Source: Smithella sp. (GTDB lineage Bacteria > Desulfobacterota > Syntrophia > Syntrophales > Smithellaceae). From it: DNA of 64,000 nt. This document shows positions 50,400 through 58,421 of the stretch, in pieces. Where the stretch lies: contig DAOSZO010000001.1 in NCBI GenBank assembly GCA_035382085.1, positions 4,488 through 68,487 of the forward strand, written 5' to 3'. The notes under the pieces were generated by a model that worked only from the letters and a program-made list of their open reading frames with translations, did no database searches and had not been told where the DNA came from. The position numbers and the translations under genes were made by a program. The first letter of the stretch is position 1; every line of letters starts with the position of its first letter.

Positions 50400-53024
50400 T
50401 TATTGATTGCTAAATAATTTGCCATAGGACCAACTTCCCTCATCACAGGACGTGCCATCGCTTTGCATGCAGAATTTAAAGCGCCACAAATTGCCGCCGG
50501 TGTCTCCAATATAGGCTGTATCTATAAAACCATCTCGGTCGTAATCAACCACTGTCGGCGTCGCGGCCAGATCGTATTTTATATCTCCGGCGAAGGTTTT
50601 GAGTATCGAGCCATCTTGTAAATTAACGACAAAAAAACCTTTGCCTTGTTTATTACAGGTTCCAGCGCTTGAGCAATTTGCTCCGGAATAGCCGCCGCCC
50701 ATAAACCCCACCCATTTTTCCAATCCCTTAATGCTGACTCTTCCCATGACCATTTTGCTCCAAGCCTGACCCAGGTAGGAAGCGGCATCAGCTGGAATAG
50801 CCGAACTTCCGCCGAGTTTCCACTTAAATACCGGCGGTGTGCTTAAAGTATTCGAGACATCAAAGGCATAATAACCGCAATAATGCCCGTATTCGGCGCT
50901 GTAGGAAGGACTAAAATCTGAAGAGCAGTAAGCTGATTTGCTCCAGAGCGTGTTAATGCCTCCCCTCCCCTCTGAAATGATCAAATAGGTTCTCCAGTCG
51001 TTTTCATCTTTGGCTTCCTGATTGCTTCCCAGCCAGATTTCGGCGGCACTGATAGGACCATCGACAAAATATTCGTGCGAAAGGTTTGTCGGATGTGTGC
51101 TGTGGGCAACATTGATAAGCCGCGGCAATAAATTGGGTGGAATGAAACTCCAGAGTTCTGTACCTCCTCCCGATGATCCATCGCCTGCTTTAAAGGCATG
51201 GAGTTGACCATCATTGGCACCGACCAGAATAATTCTGGTACCGTCCTTGGATGTCCGCGGATGACTTTTCATGAATTTGTAAAATCCCTTGTTTTCCAAG
51301 GATTGCTTATCGATGACATCAACGAAATTTTTATTAGGCGTTGCGATCGACATCGGCGATGAATGAAAGATGTCACCCAGTTTCCAGCGGTAATTAAGGT
51401 GGCTGCTATCCAGCTCCCCGTTATGTATGAAATTCACAACCGATGCGCACTCAACGGAGCAAGACGAACTGTCAGAAATATTCAAAATATTATCCGTCAT
51501 GTTGCCGGCATTGAATTCGATAAGATTTGAGGATTGTTTTAGAGTATAGACGTTTCTTGCAGTTGATCTGCTTTTCAGGATCTCGCCGGCGTCCCAATCA
51601 GCTTTTGTGTAGATATCTCCGTAAGTTTCGGGACCGCCGCAGAGAGGATTTTGAGAACTGCAAATGGTATAGCGTTTAAGGTGGCCGATCCAAAACGGAT
51701 CATTTGGAATTTGTTCAAATGACGCCTCGTAAACATAATTTTCATCAAAAAGCCTGACGGCCTGAATTGATGATTGTGTAAAGGCGTACGTATAGCCGGT
51801 GATGGTATTTATGGCTTCTTTTAAGGCCATTTCCAACTGATCGGCGTCTTCAGCAATAAAAGCATAACCGGAAAGCGGCAAATAGCCCGGATCATAATTC
51901 GTCGCCTTGAATTTTGCAGTATCCGCGGATGTTCCACCCGCGAAACATGCAGCGGTTTGCGTTGATGTGTCAGACACGCACTTTGAAAATCCGGAAGGAT
52001 ATGTAGCTGTCCCATCAAGGGCATAGGCAGCAGTAGAACCTGAATTCAGTGCTTTAGGATTATCGGAATTACCGTGGAACGCCGCCCATTCGAGCGTGTT
52101 TTTAAGGTAATCGGTCATCCCGGCACCAAAACCGATGATAAATGTTTTGTACCCGGCATTGGCTAATTCTTTTGCCGCCGCCACAACTTCGCGGCGTCGA
52201 ATATACATGTTCGCCTGACATTCTGTTCCATCTCCGCTGCAGGCAAAAGTATCGGCTCCGTCAGTGACGGCAATGACAAATTTTGCTCTGCAGGCTTTTG
52301 CGGGATCTGCGGCTTTATGGTCGTCCAGATATTTTTTTGCTTCCCGCAAGGCCGACGCCAACGGCGTCCCTCCCGTCGCTGTTTCGCCAACAATACATTC
52401 TCCGGTCGTACATTTTGTGACCGTGGAGGCGCAACTTGTGGAGTTGCCGCAATAGGTCAGGGAATAAGAGGTTCCTGTTTCTTTGCCAAGCTCACTGATT
52501 TTCGTGACCAATTTGATCGCGCCTTTTGTATAGTCGCCTCCCGTGTCATTGCCCAATTTGCCGTCTTTGATGTCCTTGAAGCGCATGAAACCGATGCGAA
52601 TATTCATTTTGTCAGAGTCTGAATTATTGATGATATTGTTTCCGTCGCTGTCCAGGATGTTAAAAAGCGCTCTTTTGGCGATAGCCAGTCTGCTGCAATT
52701 GACCGTGCAGTTTGTTTTTGATGCTTCGCAAAACCCCTTAGAACAACTCGTTCCCCATACAGAGGCGCATTTTACAGTGTCGGCTTTGCAAGAAGTTGAA
52801 CTGCCATAGGGATAACTATCATCTCCCAAGGGATTGGAATTCATGCTGCCCGAAAGATCCAGAAGAATCAGCGCATCCGGGGTGACGCTCTCAAACAATC
52901 CCTGTTCGTCTCCCGCAGGTTCCAATTCATCTTCTTCGCCCTCCGCCCATGCCACATTGTTGACCATCAAGAAAAAAATGAGTATCACCAGGAGAAAAAT
53001 GGTTCTAATTTTATTTTGAAACAT
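50400..53024 (-). CDS. pilY1: PilY1-like tip adhesin, N-terminal portion (signal peptide, vWA/MIDAS domain, Cys-rich region, start of PilY1 propeller)
   Basis: ATG at 53024 lies 6 nt after AAGGAGGA. Signal LLVILIFFLMVNNVAWA. MIDAS LLDLSGSMN plus VTDGADT. PilY1 signatures RIILVGANDGQLHAF, VDYDRDGFIDTAYIGDTGGNLWRF. Confidence 0.75.
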   Translation of the reverse strand: MFQNKIRTIFLLVILIFFLMVNNVAWAEGEEDELEPAGDEQGLFESVTPDALILLDLSGSMNSNPLGDDSYPYGSSTSCKADTVKCASVWGTSCSKGFCEASKTNCTVNCSRLAIAKRALFNILDSDGNNIINNSDSDKMNIRIGFMRFKDIKDGKLGNDTGGDYTKGAIKLVTKISELGKETGTSYSLTYCGNSTSCASTVTKCTTGECIVGETATGGTPLASALREAKKYLDDHKAADPAKACRAKFVIAVTDGADTFACSGDGTECQANMYIRRREVVAAAKELANAGYKTFIIGFGAGMTDYLKNTLEWAAFHGNSDNPKALNSGSTAAYALDGTATYPSGFSKCVSDTSTQTAACFAGGTSADTAKFKATNYDPGYLPLSGYAFIAEDADQLEMALKEAINTITGYTYAFTQSSIQAVRLFDENYVYEASFEQIPNDPFWIGHLKRYTICSSQNPLCGGPETYGDIYTKADWDAGEILKSRSTARNVYTLKQSSNLIEFNAGNMTDNILNISDSSSCSVECASVVNFIHNGELDSSHLNYRWKLGDIFHSSPMSIATPNKNFVDVIDKQSLENKGFYKFMKSHPRTSKDGTRIILVGANDGQLHAFKAGDGSSGGGTELWSFIPPNLLPRLINVAHSTHPTNLSHEYFVDGPISAAEIWLGSNQEAKDENDWRTYLIISEGRGGINTLWSKSAYCSSDFSPSYSAEYGHYCGYYAFDVSNTLSTPPVFKWKLGGSSAIPADAASYLGQAWSKMVMGRVSIKGLEKWVGFMGGGYSGANCSSAGTCNKQGKGFFVVNLQDGSILKTFAGDIKYDLAATPTVVDYDRDGFIDTAYIGDTGGNLWRFKFCMQSDGTSCDEGSWSYGKLFSNQ

Positions 53025-53050
53025 CTTGATTCCTCCTTGATGCATTTAGT

Positions 53051-53527
53051 TTACAATTCCCCCTGCTGTGTGTCAGCCTGCGTAGGCGGAGGCGCCATGC
53101 CGATGGAAATTTTTGTTTCCGAATTATAAGCGGTGTCTCTTCCGGTAATCAAAGCTTCATAAACCATAGACGCAGAGTTAAGACTTTCATACGGAAAGAC
53201 GACTTGTCTTTCCGTATTGAAAACCTGTGCCAGATAGGCAAGCGTCGGGTCATTTACGGGATCTACTTGAATGGGTTTATTGGTATTGAGCGCATAGGGA
53301 TTCCCCAAGTCTATCGAGGCAAAGACGGCATGCGCGCCGGCTTCGGCGGCTGAAAAAGCCTTACGTTCGGCGACCATCCGGGAACTGATCATCAAATCTT
53401 CTGAAATCATAGTCAGAGCAAAAAAACCGATCGCGGTCAGCACAACAACCGCCATCAATGCCACAATAAAGACAAACCCACCTTCCGACTTTTGCTTTTT
53501 TTGGATTAAATCAAGGACATAACACAT
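53051..53527 (-). CDS. pilX: PilX-like minor pilin/pilus assembly protein (PilX_N type)
   Basis: N-terminal GGFVFIVALMAVVVLTAIGFFAL hydrophobic segment without Glu5. Its position between pilW and pilY1 is as in fimU-pilVWXY1 operons. Confidence 0.6.
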   Translation of the reverse strand: MCYVLDLIQKKQKSEGGFVFIVALMAVVVLTAIGFFALTMISEDLMISSRMVAERKAFSAAEAGAHAVFASIDLGNPYALNTNKPIQVDPVNDPTLAYLAQVFNTERQVVFPYESLNSASMVYEALITGRDTAYNSETKISIGMAPPPTQADTQQGEL

Positions 53528-54206
53528 GATTTTTCACCAACACGTCTGTTGTATATGTCATTCGTCTCACCTTCTGTGTCATGCTGTCTGGGTTTTTCGT
53601 GTCTGCGACAATATTGATGCGAACGCGGCGAATGCTGGGGATTAAAGCTGCCGGCACGTCGCCCGATGCGTCAGCGAGATTGTTACCGTCGCGGTCGAAA
53701 TATTGAAACAAAGGAAGTTTTGCGCTTGCATTCCTGACATTCGTTTCCGTGTCGGTTCCGCCGAGCATCGGCTGGAAATTACCGCAACTCACGCTTCTTC
53801 TGATCGTGTCGTTCTCATATCTATAGACGATGTATTCATTATCCGATGCGCTATTGGCAATAGATTTGGAATTGTCCAAATCCATTGCTATGGCGATTTC
53901 ATTGGCCGCGGCTTTTTGAATGCCCTTATGGTCTGGCGTCAGCGTGATTTCTTTGCAGTTTCCGTCCTTTGCCATTGTCCATGTGGCCTTGGTCATGCCG
54001 GGATTATAAGATGCCATTCGAATCTCCATCGTCATAATATCAAGAACGGTTCTCGCGTCCTGTTGCGTGACAACTTTTCGCCCCACACTGGCTGAAGATT
54101 TCTGCGCGGCATTCATGGCGGCATAGATGACCGTGATGATCAAAGCGCCGACACCCAGTGCGATCACCAATTCCACCAAAGTAAACCCGTTTCTTTTTAA
54201 AGCCAT
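53511..54206 (-). CDS. pilW: PilW-like type IV minor pilin
   Basis: Prepilin motif KRNGFTLVELVIALGVGALI from the ATG at 54206. The track's extension to 54368 overlaps pilV. Confidence 0.65.
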   Translation of the reverse strand: MALKRNGFTLVELVIALGVGALIITVIYAAMNAAQKSSASVGRKVVTQQDARTVLDIMTMEIRMASYNPGMTKATWTMAKDGNCKEITLTPDHKGIQKAAANEIAIAMDLDNSKSIANSASDNEYIVYRYENDTIRRSVSCGNFQPMLGGTDTETNVRNASAKLPLFQYFDRDGNNLADASGDVPAALIPSIRRVRINIVADTKNPDSMTQKVRRMTYTTDVLVKNHVLCP

Positions 54207-54208
54207 CT

Positions 54209-54625
54209 TCAGAATTTCTCCTGTCGAGAAACTATCATGCTGCTTCCAACGCCTTTTTTGCTTCCCGGCCACGTTACTTTCACATTCAAAAGCGTCGTGT
54301 TTTGCGGAAGAGTGGCGGGATTGCTCGCTGCAATAAAAATGGAATAAACCGCCGACGGGTCCTTGCAATCCACGCTGTTTCCGTCATTGTCCAAACAGCT
54401 TTTTGAGTCGGATGGAACATTTCCTGTCATAATCAGGTATTCGTTTGTTTCCATCTCCCGCTGCAGAATTGCCGCCGCGCGGCCCAAATAATCGGCTTTG
54501 CCAGCTCCCTGCCATGCAAGAGGCTGCATGTTGATTAGGGTAAAGATGGCGATGGTGGTCAGAAACAGAGCAATAATACATTCCATGATTGTCAGTCCCG
54601 CTTCTTTATTTGAGCTTCTCTTCAC
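54209..54625 (-). CDS. pilV: PilV-like type IV minor pilin
   Basis: Prepilin-type N-terminus KEAGLTIMECIIALFLTTIAIF (G, then Glu at +5). 138 aa. Confidence 0.6.
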   Translation of the reverse strand: MKRSSNKEAGLTIMECIIALFLTTIAIFTLINMQPLAWQGAGKADYLGRAAAILQREMETNEYLIMTGNVPSDSKSCLDNDGNSVDCKDPSAVYSIFIAASNPATLPQNTTLLNVKVTWPGSKKGVGSSMIVSRQEKF

Positions 54626-55055
54626 TTCTGATCCTCCCGGTTTGACCGCAAATAATGCGGATTTCCGAACCCCGGTCGTTCTGTAATACGATGGTCCCCA
54701 TTGAAGAGGTGCCCCTGGGCTGGAAGTTAATCGTGTTGCCGGAAAAATTATGCTGTTTGATTTTTATTCCTTCGCCGTACTGGTTTAAAAATTTTGGGGA
54801 GCCGTTCTGAAGGGTGTAGGAATCCTCATTATTGATCGTAATGGTATAGGCCACGCCTTCTGACATGGCTTTTTGCTTGGCCAATTTTATATCCGACATC
54901 AAAGCGCCCGCCGCTTCCTTCAGATTTCTGTTTCTGGCGAAAGATGAAAACATGGAGTTGGCAACCACCAGCAAAATTGCGATGACGCTCAAAACAATCA
55001 AAATTTCAATAAGAGTAAATCCTTTTTCGTTTGTTCTGCCGGATAATTCAAACAT
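54606..55055 (-). CDS. FimT/FimU (GspH-domain)-like type IV minor pilin
   Basis: Prepilin motif EKGFTLIEILIVLSVIAIL from the ATG at 55055, followed by a GspH-like beta domain. Confidence 0.65.
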   Translation of the reverse strand: MFELSGRTNEKGFTLIEILIVLSVIAILLVVANSMFSSFARNRNLKEAAGALMSDIKLAKQKAMSEGVAYTITINNEDSYTLQNGSPKFLNQYGEGIKIKQHNFSGNTINFQPRGTSSMGTIVLQNDRGSEIRIICGQTGRIRSEEKLK

Positions 55056-55057
55056 TG

Positions 55058-55819
55058 CTAGTAACTCATTAGAAAAATTTTCGTGACGCCATCGCCCCAA
55101 AAGATATAAGCGATAGCCGCCGCTGACAAAAAAGGTCCAAAAGGCACGGCGTATCTCATGTTCTGTTTTTTAATTAAAATTGTCGTCAAACCGACAATCG
55201 CTCCTAAAAGCGAACTGCACAGCAATACAAACAACAACGATTTCCACCCGAAAAACGCGCCTATCATAGCCAAAAGCTTTATGTCGCCGCCGCCCATTCC
55301 CTCTCGCTTGGCGATTAACTCATATAAGACGGCTATCGTAAAAAGAACGCCACCGCCGATCAGCAGGCCAAGCAGCGCCTCCAACCAGTGGATGCGGCAT
55401 ATGAAAACGGCTGCCAAAAAGAACAAAGGTATCCCGGGAAGCGTGATGACATCGGGTATAATTTGATGATCCAAATCAATAAACGTGACAACTAAAAGCG
55501 CTGATACGAACAAAAAATGTGCTAGGAACTTTAAAGTAAAGCCGAATTTTATAAAAAGCATGACGGCCAATACTGCCGTCAGCAATTCAACAACCGAATA
55601 GCGCCAAGAGATTTTTGCGCCGCAATCCCTGCATTTTCCCTTGAGCCACAAATAACTGACAATCGGCAAATTATCGTAAAGACGAAGGGGATGTTGACAG
55701 GCAGGACATCTGGACCCGGGACTGATAATGGAAACTTTCAAAGGGATTCTGTAGATGCAAACATTGAGAAAACTGCCGATTGCCGCTCCGAACACAAAAG
55801 CAAAACTTTCCACAATCAT
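55058..55819 (-). CDS. pilD: Prepilin peptidase / N-methyltransferase (A24 family)
   Basis: FLNVCIYRIP, zinc-binding CPACQH...CRDCG, and active-site regions FIDLDHQIIPD and GMGGGDIKLLAMIG. ATG at 55819 follows GGAGAA. Confidence 0.9.
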   Translation of the reverse strand: MIVESFAFVFGAAIGSFLNVCIYRIPLKVSIISPGSRCPACQHPLRLYDNLPIVSYLWLKGKCRDCGAKISWRYSVVELLTAVLAVMLFIKFGFTLKFLAHFLFVSALLVVTFIDLDHQIIPDVITLPGIPLFFLAAVFICRIHWLEALLGLLIGGGVLFTIAVLYELIAKREGMGGGDIKLLAMIGAFFGWKSLLFVLLCSSLLGAIVGLTTILIKKQNMRYAVPFGPFLSAAAIAYIFWGDGVTKIFLMSY

Positions 55820-55849
55820 GAAAAATTCTCCATCCGTCTTCATTAAAAT

Positions 55850-55990
55850 TTACGGGCGGGCAAAAAGCAGGAATGCTGGACGACTTTAAAAGTTGCCCGG
55901 CGGTTCTGCCACCTTATCTTCCACCCAGAAGACTTAGGTCAGTAACTTTGCGTCCCGTCTTTTCAGATCGGTTTGCCCTTATCAAGCCTG
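55850..55990 (-). promoter_or_regulatory. GEMM-I (c-di-GMP-I class) riboswitch candidate in the pilD operon leader
   Basis: Minus-strand RNA reads AAGGGCAAACCGAUCUGAAAAGACGGGACGCAAAGUUACUGACCUAAGUCUUCUGGGUGGAAGAUAAGGUGGCAGAACCGCCGGGCAA. It carries the GGGCAAAC, GNRA-capped P1 hairpin, GGGACGCAAAG junction, CCUAA receptor and AGGUnGC...ACC blocks of GEMM-I as recalled from V. cholerae Vc2. Confidence 0.7.
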
Positions 55991-56003
55991 TTATTTTTTG
56001 GCG

Positions 56004-56032
56004 ATTTAAATAAAAATATTCTTTAAAGTCAA
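56004..56032 (-). promoter_or_regulatory. Sigma70-like promoter upstream of the riboswitch/pilD operon
   Basis: Minus strand: TTGACT (56032-56027), a 17-nt spacer, then TTAAAT (56009-56004). It sits about 20 nt upstream of the aptamer. Confidence 0.45.
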
Positions 56033-56054
56033 GCACTATTATTCATGACGGGAT

Positions 56055-56510
56055 TTATCCGTCCTTTCTTGACCAATCATATTGGATGGAGCTCTTGTGG
56101 GCGTCCAGACGATATTCATCCGGTTTTTCGTAATTATAAACTTCCGTTGGGATATTGATGACCAAAGCCTCTTCTTCAGAGATGCATTTGAACCCGTGGT
56201 AAACCAACGCCGGAATGTGCACCAAAACCGGATTGTAAACGCCGGCGAAAATTTCATTGATCTCTCCGTAAGTCGGCGATTTCCTGCGCCCATCAAACAA
56301 AACGATTTTCATCATTCCTTTCACCACGGTCATATTGTCGGCCTGTTTTTTGTGGTAATGCCAGGCTTTGACGACTCCCGGGTAAGCCGTCGTCATGTAA
56401 ACCTGGCCGAATTTTTCAAATATCTCGTCGTCGGCACGCAGAATTTCCATCAAGCGACCCCGTTCATCGGGAATCACCTTCAGTTTTTTTACCGTCACGC
56501 CATTAATCAT
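56055..56510 (-). CDS. Short dTDP-4-dehydrorhamnose 3,5-epimerase-like cupin (RmlC-related sugar epimerase)
   Basis: IPDERGRLMEILR...VYMTTAYPGVVKAWHYHKKQ...HIPALVYHGF pattern. 151 aa. Confidence 0.65.
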   Translation of the reverse strand: MINGVTVKKLKVIPDERGRLMEILRADDEIFEKFGQVYMTTAYPGVVKAWHYHKKQADNMTVVKGMMKIVLFDGRRKSPTYGEINEIFAGVYNPVLVHIPALVYHGFKCISEEEALVINIPTEVYNYEKPDEYRLDAHKSSIQYDWSRKDG

Positions 56511-57235
56511 AATTTATTTGCTCCTGTTTTGGCTACCATATTGCCCGCATACTGCAGGGATTCAAACGTTCCCGCATCCGACCACCAGCCGTTGAGAACA
56601 TCCCACTGCATTTTCCCATCCCGGATGTAAAAATTATTGACATCCGTGATTTCCAGTTCGCCGCGCTGGGAGGGCTTCAGTGATTTGATGAATTCGAAAA
56701 CACGGTAATCGTACATGTATATGCCGATGACGGCATAGTTTGAAGCGGGCTGCGCGGGTTTTTCTTCGACGCGGATGATCTTTTCGCCTTCAAAGACCGG
56801 CACGCCAAATCGCTGCGGATCTGAGACTTCTTTGAGCAAAATCCTTGCGCCTTCTTTCTGTTTCTGAAATTTTTCGACGGCGGACCGGATATTTTTTTCA
56901 ATGATGTTGTCTCCCAGCACAACGACAATTTTGTCATTATCCGCAAAATATTCGGCAAGACTCAAGGCGGCCGCGATCCCGCCTTCGCCCTGCTGATAGG
57001 TATAGTTGATGTGTTTGAGGCCGAAATCTCTTCCGTTTTCCAAAAGTCTCAGGAAATCACCGGCATTGTTTCCTCCGGTGACAATCAGGATTTCATCAAT
57101 GCCGGCATTGACCAGCGTCCTGATCGGATAGTAAATCATCGGTTCGTTATAGACAGGCAAAAGGTGTTTATTGGTCACCTTGGTCAACGGGTATAAACGG
57201 CTTCCCAGACCTCCCGCGAGTACAACCCCCTTCAT
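56507..57235 (-). CDS. Sugar-phosphate nucleotidyltransferase (short glucose-1-phosphate thymidylyl/uridylyltransferase type)
   Basis: MKGVVLAGGLGSRLYPLTKVTNKHLLPVYNEPMIYYPI. 242 aa. Overlaps the downstream epimerase-like gene by 4 nt. Confidence 0.8.
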   Translation of the reverse strand: MKGVVLAGGLGSRLYPLTKVTNKHLLPVYNEPMIYYPIRTLVNAGIDEILIVTGGNNAGDFLRLLENGRDFGLKHINYTYQQGEGGIAAALSLAEYFADNDKIVVVLGDNIIEKNIRSAVEKFQKQKEGARILLKEVSDPQRFGVPVFEGEKIIRVEEKPAQPASNYAVIGIYMYDYRVFEFIKSLKPSQRGELEITDVNNFYIRDGKMQWDVLNGWWSDAGTFESLQYAGNMVAKTGANKL

Positions 57236-57335
57236 ATAAACTCCTTGTGTTTTTTGGGCGTTTCTTTAACACAAGGAAACCCCGGCGACAATAAATTTCT
57301 TTGCATCTTAAAAAATAATACGGTAATTAAAACCC

Positions 57336-58421
57336 ATGACCGACGAGTATTTCATGAAACTGGCACTGAAACTGGCCAGGAAGGGCCTCGGCCACGTCAG
57401 CCCCAATCCCATGGTGGGCGCCGTTTTGGTCAAGGAAGGAAAAATTATCGGCGCGGGTTATCATCGCCGATTCGGCGGGCATCATGCCGAAATTAACGCC
57501 ATCCGCAATGCCCGGCAGGATGTCGCGGGCTCGACGCTTTATGTCACTCTGGAGCCCTGTTGCCATGAAGGCAAAACGCCGCCGTGCGTGGAAAGCATCA
57601 TCGCCTGCAAAATCGCCCGCGTCGTCATCGGTACCATCGACGCCAATCCGCTTGTTTCCTGCCAAGGCGTTCACTGTCTGCGCGAAAGCGGCATCGAGGT
57701 CAAAACGGGGGTTCTGGCCGATGAATGCCGCAAGCTCAATGAAGTTTTTTTTCATTACATGGAAACCGGAATGCCTTTCATCACAATCAAGTACGCTCAG
57801 ACTCTGGATGGTCGGATTGCCACCCGTTCAGGCCGGTCGCAATGGATCAGTTCGCCCGCGTCGCTGAAATTCGCCCACCGTCTAAGAGCTCAACATGACG
57901 CGATTTTGGTCGGCTGCAAAACAGTCATCAAAGACAATCCGGAACTCACCGTCCGCCTTGTCCGCGGACGCAATCCCATCCGGGTGATTGTTGATTCCCA
58001 TTTAAAAATTTCACCGAAAGCCAAAGTTTTTCAAAACACTGCCGATGCCGCCACTATTCTGGCCACGACCAGCGGTGCAAATCGCCCTCGCCGGATGCGT
58101 CTGAGCGCCCTGGGCGTGGAGATCATCTCCGTGCCCGCAGACAGGCAGGGTCACGTTGACCTGAAAAAACTGTTTGAGAGACTGGCTCAAAGGGGCATCT
58201 CTTCCATTCTGATCGAAGGCGGATCAGAGATCATAACATCCGCTCTGAAGCAGAACCTTGCCAACCGGCTTGTCACCGTTGTGTCGCCGAAAATCATCGG
58301 AAAGGGGATCGAGGCTGTCGGTGAACTCAACATCACAGCGCTGGATTCGGCAAAAAAAATATCGATCGCAAAAGCAATGCGTTTGGGCGATGACATTATC
58401 ATTGACGGCCGTTTATCTTAA
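57336..58421 (+). CDS. ribD: Bifunctional riboflavin biosynthesis protein RibD (pyrimidine deaminase/uracil reductase)
   Basis: Deaminase zinc motifs HAEINAI and PCCHEGKTPPC. C-terminal reductase domain with GGSEI. Confidence 0.92.
   Translation: MTDEYFMKLALKLARKGLGHVSPNPMVGAVLVKEGKIIGAGYHRRFGGHHAEINAIRNARQDVAGSTLYVTLEPCCHEGKTPPCVESIIACKIARVVIGTIDANPLVSCQGVHCLRESGIEVKTGVLADECRKLNEVFFHYMETGMPFITIKYAQTLDGRIATRSGRSQWISSPASLKFAHRLRAQHDAILVGCKTVIKDNPELTVRLVRGRNPIRVIVDSHLKISPKAKVFQNTADAATILATTSGANRPRRMRLSALGVEIISVPADRQGHVDLKKLFERLAQRGISSILIEGGSEIITSALKQNLANRLVTVVSPKIIGKGIEAVGELNITALDSAKKISIAKAMRLGDDIIIDGRLS

Noticed and set aside
57236-57335. Possible FMN riboswitch upstream of ribD
   Set aside because: The spacer is only 100 nt, and I could not find the conserved FMN-element blocks. 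It contains only a 9-bp inverted repeat, CCTTGTGTT/AACACAAGG (57243-57276), which may be a divergent-promoter operator or hairpin. This is not enough for a call.
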